From contig JALHND010000003.1 in NCBI GenBank assembly GCA_022843705.1, positions 8,963 to 72,962 on the forward strand: a DNA stretch of 64,000 nt. The letters are read 5' to 3'. Under the pieces are notes generated by a model. That model was not told the origin of the DNA. It made no database searches and saw nothing but the letters and a program-made list of their open reading frames with translations. The DNA is from Burkholderiales bacterium (lineage in GTDB: Bacteria; Pseudomonadota; Gammaproteobacteria; Burkholderiales; SG8-41). Shown piece by piece: positions 13,065-24,077 of this stretch; the first letter of the stretch is position 1, and every line of letters starts with the position of its first letter. The translations under genes and the position numbers were made by a program.

Positions 13065-13074
13065 ATCGGCGGTT

Positions 13075-14802
13075 TCAGGCGTTCAGCCGGTCGAGCATGG
13101 CATGAAGCCGTACCGGATCAGTCGCCCGCAGCATGCGCCGGGCGACTGGCTCGGCGTCGGCGAGGCTGGTTTTCAGCACGCGCTGCTTGACGTCCGGCAG
13201 GTGGGCCGAGTGCATCGAGAACTGCCGCAGACCCAGTCCCAGCAGCAGGCGGGTCAGCGCAACGTCGCCGGCCATCTCGCCGCAGACGGACACCGGGAGG
13301 CCGGCCTTGCCGGCGGTCTTGAAGATGTGCGCCAGCACCGTCAGCACCGCCGGGTGCAGCGGGTCGTAGAGGTGGGCCACGGTGTCGTCGGTGCGGTCGA
13401 TGGCCAGCATGTACTGGATCAGGTCGTTGGTGCCCACCGACAGGAAGTCCAGCCGTTTCGTCAGCAGTCCGAGCGCGAGGGCGGCTGCCGGAATCTCGAC
13501 CATGCCGCCCACCGGCACATTGCGGTCGTAGGCGATGCCCTCATCGTCAAGGCTGCGCTTGGCCTGTTCCAGCAGCTGCAGCGCCTGGTCGACTTCCGAA
13601 GCGTTCATCAGCATCGGGATCAGGATTTTCATCCTGCCGTGACGCGAAGCCCGCAGCATCGCACGCAGCTGGGTGATGAAGCGCTTGGGCTCGGTTAGGC
13701 ACAGCCGGATTGCGCGCAGGCCGAGGGCGGGGTTGGTCGCAAGCCGCGCACTGTCGTCGATCTGCTTGTCGGCGCCGAGGTCGTAGGTGCGGATGGTGAC
13801 CGGCCGCCCGTCCATCTCCTCGAGAACCTGGCGGTAGGCTTCGAACTGCTCGTCTTCGTCCGGCAGGTCCGGACGGTTCAGGAACAGGAACTCGGTGCGG
13901 AAGAGGCCGATGCCGGTGGCGCCGCCGTCCAGCGCCAGCGCAACGTCGCCCGGCAATTCGATGTTGGCATGCAGCTCGACATCGAGGCCGTCGAGTGTGC
14001 GCGCAGGCGTGTCTCGCAGCCGCCGCAGTTTCTGCCGCTCCAGGCCGAACTCGCGCTGCCGCAGCTGGTACTCGGCGAGCACCTGCGGATCGGGATCGAC
14101 GATGACCACGCCCTGGGTGCCGTCGACGATGATGATCTCGTTCTCGCGCACCAGCTGGCGCGCATGATGCAGCGCGACGATGCACGGGATGTTGAGGCTG
14201 CGGGCGACGATCGCGGTGTGCGAAGTGACGCCGCCCAGGTCGGTGACGAAGCTGGCAAAGTGGTGTTGCTTGAACAACACGACATCGGCGGGCGACAGGT
14301 CATGGGCGACCAGCACCAGGTTGCGTTCGGAGTCGCCGGCGGGCGGGGGCGCGTATCCCGGTTGCCCGGACAGCGCCTTCATCACCCGTTGCGCGACCTG
14401 GATGACATCGCTGCGGCGCTCGCGCAGGTAGCTGTCCTCGATTGCATCGAATTGCTGCAGCAGCTCGTCAGTCTGCACCTTCAGCGCCCATTCGGCATTG
14501 CAGAGTTCGTTTCCGATGATCGTGCGCGGCACCTCCGACAGCGTCGAATCGGCGAGGATCATCAGGTGGAGGTCGATGAAGGCGCCGAACTCGGCCGGCG
14601 CGCCGGCCGGGACCGAGCCGCGCAGCAGTCCGAGTTCGTCACGGACCGTTTTGACGGCGGCATCGAAGCGGGCCGATTCATCGGCAACCTGTTCCGCCGG
14701 AATGTCGTAATGCGCGACTTCGAGTTTGGTGTGTGAAACCAGGTGCGCATGGCCGATGGCGATGCCGCCGGAGACGCCGATGCCGTGGATCGTGAAACTC
14801 AT
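13075..14802 (-). CDS. ptsI: Phosphoenolpyruvate-protein phosphotransferase (PTS enzyme I)
   Basis: 575 aa, MSFTIHGIGVSGGIAIGHAHLV... Phospho-His region GGVTSHTAIVARSLNIPCIV and PEP-utilising C-terminal domain (LDFLSVGTNDLIQY). Confidence 0.9.
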   Translation of the reverse strand: MSFTIHGIGVSGGIAIGHAHLVSHTKLEVAHYDIPAEQVADESARFDAAVKTVRDELGLLRGSVPAGAPAEFGAFIDLHLMILADSTLSEVPRTIIGNELCNAEWALKVQTDELLQQFDAIEDSYLRERRSDVIQVAQRVMKALSGQPGYAPPPAGDSERNLVLVAHDLSPADVVLFKQHHFASFVTDLGGVTSHTAIVARSLNIPCIVALHHARQLVRENEIIIVDGTQGVVIVDPDPQVLAEYQLRQREFGLERQKLRRLRDTPARTLDGLDVELHANIELPGDVALALDGGATGIGLFRTEFLFLNRPDLPDEDEQFEAYRQVLEEMDGRPVTIRTYDLGADKQIDDSARLATNPALGLRAIRLCLTEPKRFITQLRAMLRASRHGRMKILIPMLMNASEVDQALQLLEQAKRSLDDEGIAYDRNVPVGGMVEIPAAALALGLLTKRLDFLSVGTNDLIQYMLAIDRTDDTVAHLYDPLHPAVLTVLAHIFKTAGKAGLPVSVCGEMAGDVALTRLLLGLGLRQFSMHSAHLPDVKQRVLKTSLADAEPVARRMLRATDPVRLHAMLDRLNA

Positions 14803-14891
14803 GGGGGGGTAAGCCGGTGGACTCTTGTCGGATACGGTGAATGCCAGTCTGCATTCTGCCCGTTGCCGGCCGGCCTCTCAATGCCGCGGTG

Positions 14892-15161
14892 TCATTCTCC
14901 TTCGCCGAAACGGTCGGCGATCAACTGCTGCAGGGCCTGCAATGCCGCGGCCTCGTCCTTGCCGTCGGTTTCAATCAGGATTTTCGAGCCCTTGGCCGCG
15001 GCCAGCATCATCACGCCCATGATGCTTTTTGCATTGACGCGGCGGCCGTTGCGGCTCAGCCAGATTTCGCTGGAGAAGCCGCCGGCGGTCTGGGTCAGTT
15101 TGGCCGAGGCCCGGGCATGCAGCCCGAGCTTGTTGATGATCTCAGCTTCCTGTTGCAGCAT
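14892..15161 (-). CDS. ptsH: Phosphocarrier protein HPr/NPr
   Basis: 89 aa with His-15 context NKLGLHARASA and Ser-46 context NAKSIMGVMML. Confidence 0.9.
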   Translation of the reverse strand: MLQQEAEIINKLGLHARASAKLTQTAGGFSSEIWLSRNGRRVNAKSIMGVMMLAAAKGSKILIETDGKDEAAALQALQQLIADRFGEGE

Positions 15162-15564
15162 TTTGAACCGTGGTGAATGTCGGGGGAACCCGCAGCACGC
15201 CTTCGCAACCGCCGCTGATGGCCTTGGTCATCATCACCGACAGTGTCCGGTCACGGTAGGTCAGTGCGCGGATCAGCATCGGCAGATTGACCCCCGCGAC
15301 AGCCTCGATCCGGCCGGGAATCACCAGTTTTGCTGCAATGTTGGACGGCGATCCGCCGTACATGTCGGTCAGCAGCAGCACGCCCTTGCCTTCGTCCAGT
15401 TCCTTGATCATCTTGCGGGCCTGGGGCACCAGCAGAACCGGATCATCCTGGGCGGTTACGCCCAGCTGGCGCAAGCGCGCGGGTCGTTTGTTGAGCATGT
15501 GGCTGGCGCAGTGGATCAGGCTTTCGCCCAGGGTGCCGTGGCTGATAATCAATATGCCGATCAT
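15142..15564 (-). CDS. PTS EIIA component, mannose/fructose family
   Basis: 140 aa, MIGILIISHGTLGESL with the EIIA-Man phospho-His (ISHG). 20-nt overlap with the HPr gene. Confidence 0.85.
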   Translation of the reverse strand: MIGILIISHGTLGESLIHCASHMLNKRPARLRQLGVTAQDDPVLLVPQARKMIKELDEGKGVLLLTDMYGGSPSNIAAKLVIPGRIEAVAGVNLPMLIRALTYRDRTLSVMMTKAISGGCEGVLRVPPTFTTVQNAATGS

Positions 15565-15660
15565 GAGGTTGCTGGCCTGCTGTCACGAAAGCGCAATACT
15601 CTACGCCCCATTTTCTTGCACCGCAACATTACTGTCACCGGATCACGACAACAGCCCTGG

Positions 15661-16599
15661 TTAAAGTATTTTTTCCAGTTTATTCAAGAACATGGCGGCT
15701 ACGTTGAAGCCGGTCTGGGCACTGATTTCCTGGAAACAGGTCGGGCTGGTGACATTGACCTCGGTCAGGTTGTCGCCGATGACGTCCAACCCGACCAGCA
15801 GCAGTCCGGCGGCCTGCAGCTGCGGTCCGAGGGTTTCAGCAATGAGGCGGTCGCGGGGGGTCAGTTCGCGGGCCACGCCGGTGCCGCCCGCCGCCAGGTT
15901 GCCGCGGGTTTCGCCCGCCTTGGGGATGCGTGCGAGGCAGAACGGCACCGGCTCGCCGCCGATGACCAGCACACGCTTGTCGCCGTTGACGATGTCCGGA
16001 AGGTAGCGCTGCGCCATGATCGTGCGCGTGCCGTCGCCGGTCAGGGTTTCGATGATGACATTGATGTTCGGATCCCCGGCACGGACGCGGAATATCGAAC
16101 TGCCACCCATGCCGTCCAGCGGCTTGAGGATGATGTCGGCGTGTTCACCGAGGAAACCGTGCAGCAATTCGGTGCGGCGGGTGACCAGCGTCGGCGCCGT
16201 GAATTCGCTGAACCGGGCAATCGCCATTTTTTCATTATGGTCGCGGATGGCCTGCGGCCGGTTGAACACCCGCGCCCCGCGGCCTTCGGCGATTTCCAGC
16301 AGGTAGGTGCTGTAGACATACTCCATGTCGAAGGGCGGATCCTTGCGCATCAGCACCGCGTCGAACTGTTCCAGCGGTGTTTCCCCTGCGGGATCCAGCC
16401 GGTACCAGGCCGGCTGCTCGCCGGTCAGGTGCAGGCGGGCGGCGTTGCCGGTCACGACATGTTTGTGCCAGGCCAGGTCACCCTGCTGCATCGTGTAGAG
16501 GACATGTCCCTGCGCCGCCGCTTCACGCATGATGGCGTAGGTCGTGTCCTTTTCCAGCTTGAATTCGTCGAGGGGATCGACGATGAAGGCCAGTTTCAT
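15661..16599 (-). CDS. gshB: Glutathione synthetase
   Basis: 312 aa, MKLAFIVDPLDEFKLEKDTTYAIMREAA... ATP-grasp GshB blocks (ILKPLDGMGGSSIF, NLAAGG). Confidence 0.95.
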   Translation of the reverse strand: MKLAFIVDPLDEFKLEKDTTYAIMREAAAQGHVLYTMQQGDLAWHKHVVTGNAARLHLTGEQPAWYRLDPAGETPLEQFDAVLMRKDPPFDMEYVYSTYLLEIAEGRGARVFNRPQAIRDHNEKMAIARFSEFTAPTLVTRRTELLHGFLGEHADIILKPLDGMGGSSIFRVRAGDPNINVIIETLTGDGTRTIMAQRYLPDIVNGDKRVLVIGGEPVPFCLARIPKAGETRGNLAAGGTGVARELTPRDRLIAETLGPQLQAAGLLLVGLDVIGDNLTEVNVTSPTCFQEISAQTGFNVAAMFLNKLEKIL

Positions 16600-17909
16600 G
16601 GCGCCGCGCGCAGCAGCACCGGCACCGGGGTTTCCGCGGCTTCCGCCATGCGTTCGAGCTCGATTGCGGCGGCGAGCAGCGCAAGCCGCGCGATCACGCC
16701 GTACGAATAAAACCGGTTGGGCGGGCAGCCGGGGTCGTTCGGATTGGGTGAGGAGCAGGGCTCCGCAAAGGCGAGGGGCGCGAACTGCATGCCCGGCGCA
16801 TTCAGGTTCTGGTCCTTGCCGCGCTCGGTGTGCACCCGGTAGAAGCCGCCGACGACGAAGTGGTCGATCATGTAGACCACCGGCTCCGCCACGGCGTCGC
16901 CGACATTCTCGAAGGTATAGACCCCTTCCTGCACGATCACATCGTGCACTTCGAGGCCTTCCTTGACCACCGCCATCTTGTTGCGCTGCTTGCGGTTGAG
17001 TCCTTTCACCTCCGACGGATCCTTGACCGTCATGATGCCCATGCCGTAGGTGCCGGCATCGGCCTTGACGATGACAAAAGGTTCTTCGGTGATGCCGTAC
17101 TCCGCGTATTTTTTCCGGATGTCGCCGAGGATTTCGGACACGTAACCCTCAAGGCACTCCTCACCCAGGCGTTCGCGGAAATTGATCTTGCCGCATTTCT
17201 CGAAATAGGGATTGATGACCCAGGGGTCGATGCCGATCAGTTTGGCAAAGTCCCGGGTCACGTCGTCATAGGCCGCGAAATGCGCGGACTTGCGGCGCGT
17301 GGCCCAGCCGGCCTGCACCGGCGGCAGCACGGTCTGCTCGAGCCCCTGCAGTATTGCCGGCACGCCGCCGGAGAGGTCGTTGTTCAGCAGCACGACGCAG
17401 GGATCGAAATCGGCGACCTTGAGCCGGTTGCCTTCGCGCTTCAGGGGTTCAAGGCGCAGCGTGGCGCCATCAGGCAGGGCCAGGTCGGTCGGCGCGGTGA
17501 TTTCCGGCAGCAGGCTGCCGATGCGCACCTCGACGCCGGCGTGGCGCAGTATGGCCGCGAGTTTTTCGACGTTCTGCAGGTAGAACTGGTTGCGCGTGTG
17601 GTTTTCGGGCACCAGCACGACGCCATGCGCGTCCGGACAGGCTTTCTCGATGGCGGTCATTGCCGCCTGCACACACAGCGTGTGGAAATCCGGGTTGAGG
17701 TTGTTGAAGCCCCCCGGGAACAGGTTGGTGTCCACCGGTGCCAGCTTGAATCCCGAGTTGCGCAGATCGACCGACGCGTAGAACGGCGCGGCATGTTCCT
17801 GCCACTGGCTGCGCAGCCAGTGCTCGATGTCGGGGGTGGCCTTGAGGATGTGGCTTTCCAGATCCTGCAGCGGCCCGGTCAGTGCGGTGGTGAGGCGGGG
17901 GACGGTCAT
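16596..17909 (-). CDS. gshA: Glutamate-cysteine ligase (proteobacterial short type)
   Basis: Track ORF 16596..18014 trimmed to MTVPRLTTALTGPLQDLESHILKATPDIEHWLRSQWQEHAAPFYASVDLRNSGFKLAPVDTNLFPGGFNNL (ATG 17909). ATGA-type 4-nt overlap with gshB. Confidence 0.9.
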   Translation of the reverse strand: MTVPRLTTALTGPLQDLESHILKATPDIEHWLRSQWQEHAAPFYASVDLRNSGFKLAPVDTNLFPGGFNNLNPDFHTLCVQAAMTAIEKACPDAHGVVLVPENHTRNQFYLQNVEKLAAILRHAGVEVRIGSLLPEITAPTDLALPDGATLRLEPLKREGNRLKVADFDPCVVLLNNDLSGGVPAILQGLEQTVLPPVQAGWATRRKSAHFAAYDDVTRDFAKLIGIDPWVINPYFEKCGKINFRERLGEECLEGYVSEILGDIRKKYAEYGITEEPFVIVKADAGTYGMGIMTVKDPSEVKGLNRKQRNKMAVVKEGLEVHDVIVQEGVYTFENVGDAVAEPVVYMIDHFVVGGFYRVHTERGKDQNLNAPGMQFAPLAFAEPCSSPNPNDPGCPPNRFYSYGVIARLALLAAAIELERMAEAAETPVPVLLRAAP

Positions 17910-17984
17910 GACGGTGGATTGTAGCCCATCCCGGAGCAGCGCCGGACCGGCAGGGACCCGCGGGGAAATAGGCAAAAAATGGGC

Positions 17985-18012
17985 AAAAAAAAGCGGGCGC
18001 CGAAGCGCCCGC
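17985..18012 (-). terminator. Rho-independent terminator of amtB
   Basis: Minus strand GCGGGCGC-uucg-GCGCCCGC followed by TTTTTTTT. Lies 30 nt after the amtB stop. Confidence 0.85.
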
Positions 18013-18042
18013 AAACTCAGGGAGATTACCCCGAAGGGTAGC

Positions 18043-19539
18043 TTACATGTGGTAGGCCTTCTCGCCGTGTTCGTTGATGTCGAGGCCTTCGCGTTCGACT
18101 TCCTCGGTCACCCGCAGCCCGATGATCACGTCGACAACCTTGTAGGCGATCAGCGCGACTATGCCGGACCAGAGGACGGCCACGCCGACACCCCAGAACT
18201 GGGCGGTCAGCTGGGCGACCATGTCGAAGTCGGCAACCTTGTTGGCCACGTAGTCATAGACACCCGTGCCGCCCAGTGCCGGCGAGACGAACACGCCGGT
18301 CAGGATCGAGCCGATGATGCCGCCGACGGCGTGGACGCCAAACACGTCGAGTGCATCATCCGCACCCAGCATGCGCTTGAGGCCGTTGACACCCCACAGG
18401 CAGACCACGCCGGCGATCAGGCCGATGATGATGCCGCCCATCGGGCCGACGAAACCGGCGGCCGGGGTGATGGCAACAAGACCCGCGATCGAACCCGAGG
18501 CCGCGCCGAGCATCGAGGGTTTGCCCTTGAGCATCCACTCGAAGATCATCCACGACATCGTGGCTGCGGCGGTGGCGAGCAGCGTGTTGACCACGGCGAG
18601 GGAGGCGAGGCCGGTTGCTTCCAGGTTGGAGCCGGCGTTGAAGCCGAACCAGCCCACCCACAGCATCGCGGCACCGACCATCGTCAGCGTCAGGTTGTGC
18701 GGGGACATGGCTTCCTTGCCGAAGCCCACGCGCTTGCCGATCAGGTAGGCACCCACCAGGCCGGCGATACCGGCGTTGATGTGCACCACCGTGCCGCCGG
18801 CGAAGTCCAGCGCGCCCTTGGCCCACAGGAAGCCCGCGCCTGCGACAACCTTTTCCAGCGAGGCTGCGTCGGTGATCGCATCCGGGCCATCCCAGTACCA
18901 GACCATGTGCGCCATCGGCAGGTAGGCGAAGGTGAACCAGATCACGACGAAGAGCAGCACTGCGGAGAACTTCATCCGCTCGGCGAATGCGCCGACGATC
19001 AGCGCCGGGGTGATGCCGGCGAAGGTGGCCTGGAAGGCGATGAACGCGAATTCCGGAATGACCACGCCCTTGCTGAAGGTGGCGCCCACCGAATCCGGAG
19101 TCACGCCCGACAGGAACAGCTTGTCGAAACTGCCCCAGAAGGTGCCTGCGCCGCCGAAGGCCACCGTGTAGCCGTAGATTGCCCACAGCACCACGCACAT
19201 CGAGAACACGATGTAGACCTGCATCAGCACCGACAGGGTGTTCTTCGCGCGGACCATGCCGCCGTAGAACAGCGCAAGGCCCGGCACCGTCATCAGGATT
19301 ACCAGGATGGTTGCGATCATCATCCAGGCGGTGTCACCCTTGTTGGGCGTCGGTGCCGGTGCGGCCGCTGCGGCGGCGGCAGGAGCCTCGGCCGCCGGTG
19401 CTGCGGCGGGTGCCGCAGCAGGTGCGGCTGCCGGTGCTGTTGCCGCGGGGGCTTCGGCCGGTTTGTCCTGTGCCATGACGGGTGCTCCGGCAAAGCCGAG
19501 CACGCCGAACAGGGCCAGAGCTGCTATCAGTTTTTTCAT
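18043..19539 (-). CDS. amtB: Ammonium transporter AmtB
   Basis: Track ORF starts at a TTG (19551). The ATG at 19539 gives the signal peptide MKKLIAALALFGVLGFAGAPVMA-QD, then a Pro/Ala-rich linker, then the canonical Amt core (AFIAFQATFAGITPALIVGAFAERMKF, DFAGGTVVHINAG, LDVFGVHAVGG). Confidence 0.95.
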   Translation of the reverse strand: MKKLIAALALFGVLGFAGAPVMAQDKPAEAPAATAPAAAPAAAPAAAPAAEAPAAAAAAAPAPTPNKGDTAWMMIATILVILMTVPGLALFYGGMVRAKNTLSVLMQVYIVFSMCVVLWAIYGYTVAFGGAGTFWGSFDKLFLSGVTPDSVGATFSKGVVIPEFAFIAFQATFAGITPALIVGAFAERMKFSAVLLFVVIWFTFAYLPMAHMVWYWDGPDAITDAASLEKVVAGAGFLWAKGALDFAGGTVVHINAGIAGLVGAYLIGKRVGFGKEAMSPHNLTLTMVGAAMLWVGWFGFNAGSNLEATGLASLAVVNTLLATAAATMSWMIFEWMLKGKPSMLGAASGSIAGLVAITPAAGFVGPMGGIIIGLIAGVVCLWGVNGLKRMLGADDALDVFGVHAVGGIIGSILTGVFVSPALGGTGVYDYVANKVADFDMVAQLTAQFWGVGVAVLWSGIVALIAYKVVDVIIGLRVTEEVEREGLDINEHGEKAYHM

Positions 19540-19551
19540 CTTGTTCTCCAA

Positions 19552-20752
<1,201 letters not shown>

Positions 20753-20807
20753 GTTCTTCCCTTTCAAGAGTGTTGGCACATGTGCAATAAAACTGCGATG
20801 TTCTCTC

Positions 20808-20823
20808 AGCAGGTACCGTGCCA
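20808..20823 (-). promoter_or_regulatory. sigma54 (-24/-12) promoter of the porin-glnK-amtB operon
   Basis: Minus strand CTGGCACGGTACCTGCTG = TGGCAC-N5-CTGC (GG-N10-GC spacing exact), about 55-60 nt upstream of the porin ATG. Confidence 0.65.
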
Positions 20824-20885
20824 GATAAAAAATCTTTATAAAACAAATAGTTATATGCATCTTTAAGGAGGCCTCAGTGGCGCAA

Positions 20886-20920
20886 TGCACCAATTAAGTG
20901 CGGTACACCATGTTGGTGCA
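20886..20920. promoter_or_regulatory. Tandem NtrC-type enhancer sites
   Basis: TGCACCAATTAAGTGCG (20886-20902) and TACACCATGTTGGTGCA (20904-20920) against the consensus TGCACC-N5-GGTGCA. A third partial site overlaps at 20917-20933. Sits about 85-135 nt upstream of the sigma54 promoter. Confidence 0.55.
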
Positions 20921-21024
20921 CCAATCTGGCGGTACGCTTGCCCCAGCGTGATGCGTACAGTGTGGATTCCGGATGATGCGGGGCAATCTTGTTACACTCC
21001 GCCGGACCCCCAAGGCAGAAGACC

Positions 21025-21282
21025 ATGGATCAGAAACTGCTCGACGAAATCAACGAAAAAGTGAAGGCCGCGCTCGCTCAGGGACCGGCGGCCGACATCG
21101 AAAAAAACCTGCGCGCGCTGCTGGGCGGCCTGTTCAGCCGGCTGGATCTGGTGACCCGCGAGGAATTTGATGTGCAGCGGGAGGTCCTGCTGCGGACCCG
21201 CGCCAAACTCGCGGAACTCGAGAAAAAAGTGGCCGAACTGGAGCGGGAAACCTCCGGATCGGCCGGCAGCTCCCGGCCGTAA
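21025..21282 (+). CDS. ubiK: Ubiquinone biosynthesis accessory factor UbiK (YqiC/BMFP family)
   Basis: Trimmed to MDQKLLDEINEKVKAALAQGPAADIEKNLRALLGGLFSRLDLVTREEFDVQREVLLRTRAKLAELEKKVAELE (ATG 21025). Characteristic LDLVTREEFDVQ block and coiled coil. Confidence 0.75.
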   Translation: MDQKLLDEINEKVKAALAQGPAADIEKNLRALLGGLFSRLDLVTREEFDVQREVLLRTRAKLAELEKKVAELERETSGSAGSSRP

Positions 21283-21369
21283 TCGCCGGTGCGTCGCCTG
21301 CGCGGCGTCAGCCGCAGGCCTGTGGCAGGCGTTTAAACGGTTTCACTCCGACGAATGCGCTGATTCCAA

Positions 21370-22866
21370 GTGTCCCTGGCCGTACTGTACAGCCGTGCCC
21401 TGTCGGGCATGGATGCCCCCCTGGTGACGGTCGAAGCGCACCTGGCCAACGGCCTGCCGTCCTTCACCATCGTCGGCCTTCCCGAAACCGAGGTGAAGGA
21501 AGCCAAGGACCGCGTGCGTGCCGCGCTGCTGAACGCGCGTTTCGAGTTTCCCGCACGACGCATCACGATCAACCTCGCGCCGGCCGACCTGCCGAAGGAA
21601 TCCGGTCGTTTTGACCTGCCGATCGCACTGGGCATACTGGCGGCATCCGGACAGATTCCCGGCGAACGCATTGCCGGCAGCGAATTTGCCGGCGAACTGG
21701 CGCTGACCGGTGAATTGCGTCCGGTCAGGGGCGCGCTGGCGATGGCGCTGGCCGTGGCGCGGGACGGAAGGTCATTCGTGCTGCCTGCGGCCAATGCCGC
21801 CGAGGCTGCGCTGGCCGGAGGGGCGGTGGTTCATGCCGCAAAAACTCTGGGCGAGGTTTGTGCGCATCTCGCAGGCCGCGGCGAACTCGTCCGTGCGCAG
21901 CCCTTGGCAGGCGCCGGACATTCCGGGTATCCCGATCTGCTCGATATCAAGGCGCAGGCGCAGGCCCGGCGCGCGCTGGAGATTGCCGCCGCCGGCGGGC
22001 ACAGCCTGCTGATGGTGGGGCCGCCGGGCACCGGCAAAACCATGCTGGCCCAGCGCTTGCCCGGCATCCTGCCGTCGATGACCGAGGCCGAAGCCGTCGA
22101 ATCGGCTGCGGTCCAGTCGCTCGGCAGCAGCGGTTTCGATGTTGCGGCGTGGCGGCGCCGGCCGTACCGGGCACCGCACCACACCGCATCCGCAGTCGCC
22201 CTGGTCGGTGGCGGCGGGAACCCCCGGCCCGGGGAAATTTCGATGGCCATGCACGGCGTGCTGTTCCTCGACGAGTTGCCTGAGTTCGAGCGCCGTGTGC
22301 TGGAAGTGCTGCGCGAGCCCCTGGAGTCCGGCCGCATTACGGTGTCGCGTGCGGCGCGCCAGGCCGATTTTCCGGCGCAGTTCCAGCTGGTCGCGGCGAT
22401 GAATCCCTGCCCCTGCGGCTATCTGGGCCATTACAGCAACCGCTGCCGCTGCACGCCGGACCAGGTCGCGCGTTACCGCTCGCGCATTTCAGGGCCGCTG
22501 CTCGACCGCATCGACCTCCAGATCGAGGTGCCGGCGATGCGGCAGGAGGAACTGATGCGCGGCGGGGACGCGGAGTCCTCGGCAACCGTGCGCGGGCGCA
22601 CGGAAGCGGCGCGTACGCGGGCGCTGGCCCGCCAGGGCAAACCCAATGCCCGTCTCGAGGTGCGCGAGATCGACCGGTATTGCGTGCCGGACGCGCAGGG
22701 CGAAACACTGCTCAAGCAGGCCATCGCAAGGCTGGGGCTGTCGGCGCGTGCCTACCACCGGATACTGCGGGTCGCGCGCAGCATTGCCGATCTCGCGGGC
22801 GCGACCGCGGTCGCAGGCAGCCATGTGGCCGAGGCGATCCAGTACCGCAGGCTCGACCGGACATGA
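21370..22866 (+). CDS. comM: YifB/ComM-family Mg-chelatase-like AAA+ ATPase
   Basis: 498 aa, GTG start. Lon-like N-domain (FTIVGLPETEVKEAKDRV), Walker A GPPGTGKTMLAQRL, and the Cys-rich insert PCPCGYLGHYSNRCRC. Confidence 0.9.
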   Translation: MSLAVLYSRALSGMDAPLVTVEAHLANGLPSFTIVGLPETEVKEAKDRVRAALLNARFEFPARRITINLAPADLPKESGRFDLPIALGILAASGQIPGERIAGSEFAGELALTGELRPVRGALAMALAVARDGRSFVLPAANAAEAALAGGAVVHAAKTLGEVCAHLAGRGELVRAQPLAGAGHSGYPDLLDIKAQAQARRALEIAAAGGHSLLMVGPPGTGKTMLAQRLPGILPSMTEAEAVESAAVQSLGSSGFDVAAWRRRPYRAPHHTASAVALVGGGGNPRPGEISMAMHGVLFLDELPEFERRVLEVLREPLESGRITVSRAARQADFPAQFQLVAAMNPCPCGYLGHYSNRCRCTPDQVARYRSRISGPLLDRIDLQIEVPAMRQEELMRGGDAESSATVRGRTEAARTRALARQGKPNARLEVREIDRYCVPDAQGETLLKQAIARLGLSARAYHRILRVARSIADLAGATAVAGSHVAEAIQYRRLDRT

Positions 22867-24077
22867 GCACAATGCCGCGCCACGCCGCGCCGATCACGCT
22901 GCCGCTGCTGGCGGTGATCCTTGCCGCGCTGGCGATGGTCGGCCCGTTCACGATCGACACCTATCTGCCATCGTTCCCGTACATCGGCAACGATCTGCGG
23001 GCGACGCCGGCACAGCTGCAGCAGACGCTGAGCCTGTACCTGTTCACGGTAGCGTTCATGACGCTGTTCCACGGCACGCTGTCCGATTCCTTCGGGCGCC
23101 GGCCGGTCATTCTGGCCAGCCTGCTGCTTTATGTGATCACCTCCGCGGGCTGCGCGCTGGCCACCAGCCTGCCGCAACTGCTGTTCTGGCGTGCGGTGCA
23201 GGGGCTGGCGGCAGGCGCCGGCATCATCGTCGGGCGCGCCATCATTCGCGACAGCTTTGCCGGTCCCGAGGCGCAGCGCCTGATGTCGCTGGTGACGATG
23301 ATTTTCGGCATTGCGCCGGCGATTGCGCCGGTGATCGGCGGCTGGCTGCAGGGCGCGTTCGGCTGGCGCTCGGTGTTCTGGTTCCTCACCGCATACGGAG
23401 CCCTGCTGTTGGTCGTTTGCGTGCGGCGTTTGCCGGAAACCCATCCGCTGACCGCGCGGCAACCTTTCCGTGCCGCGCCGCTGTTCCGCAATTACCTGAA
23501 ACTCGGTGGTGATGTCAGGCTGTTGCTGCTGTGCCTGACGGTGGCCTTCAATTTTTCCGGATTTTTCCTCTATGTCGTATCCGCACCGGCGGTGATCTAC
23601 GGTCTGCTGGGACTGACCGAACGGCATTTTGCCTGGTTGTTTGTCCCCGGGATCGCCGGAGTCATGATCGGCGCATTCCTGTCCGGGCGCCTAGCGGAAC
23701 GCATGACCCCGCGCCGCACGGTGTTTGCCGGGTACCTGACGATGACTGCTGCGGCGGTCACGAATCTCGGTTACTGCGCCCTGTTTCCACCGGCCCTTCC
23801 GTGGACCGTGCTGCCGGTCATGCTGTACACGATCGGCATGGCGCTCGCGATGCCGAGCGTGACGCTGATTACGCTGGATCGTTTTCCCCGGTTGCGCGGC
23901 ATGACTTCGTCGTTCCAGGGATTTGCGCACAGCTTTTTCGCCGGCATCACCGCCGGTGTGGTGTCGCCTCTGGTCTCCGGCAGTGCCTTGACACTGGCCT
24001 GCGGCATGACCGGCATGCTGCTGCTGGGCGGATTGTCGTGGGCATGGTATCTGCGCCTGAAACAGGAGCAGCCCTGA
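22863..24077 (+). CDS. Bcr/CflA-type MFS efflux transporter
   Basis: Trimmed to MSTMPRHAAPITLPLLAVILAALAMVGPFTIDTYLPSFPYIGNDL (ATG 22863, ATGA overlap with the comM stop). 12-TM MFS pattern and the SDSFGRRPV motif. Confidence 0.85.
   Translation: MSTMPRHAAPITLPLLAVILAALAMVGPFTIDTYLPSFPYIGNDLRATPAQLQQTLSLYLFTVAFMTLFHGTLSDSFGRRPVILASLLLYVITSAGCALATSLPQLLFWRAVQGLAAGAGIIVGRAIIRDSFAGPEAQRLMSLVTMIFGIAPAIAPVIGGWLQGAFGWRSVFWFLTAYGALLLVVCVRRLPETHPLTARQPFRAAPLFRNYLKLGGDVRLLLLCLTVAFNFSGFFLYVVSAPAVIYGLLGLTERHFAWLFVPGIAGVMIGAFLSGRLAERMTPRRTVFAGYLTMTAAAVTNLGYCALFPPALPWTVLPVMLYTIGMALAMPSVTLITLDRFPRLRGMTSSFQGFAHSFFAGITAGVVSPLVSGSALTLACGMTGMLLLGGLSWAWYLRLKQEQP

Noticed and set aside
19340-19480. Short GC-rich tandem repeats (gcggc/gctgc units) that could be a VNTR or CRISPR-like array
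   Set aside because: They are in frame within amtB and encode a Pro/Ala-rich linker. There is no spacer-repeat structure.
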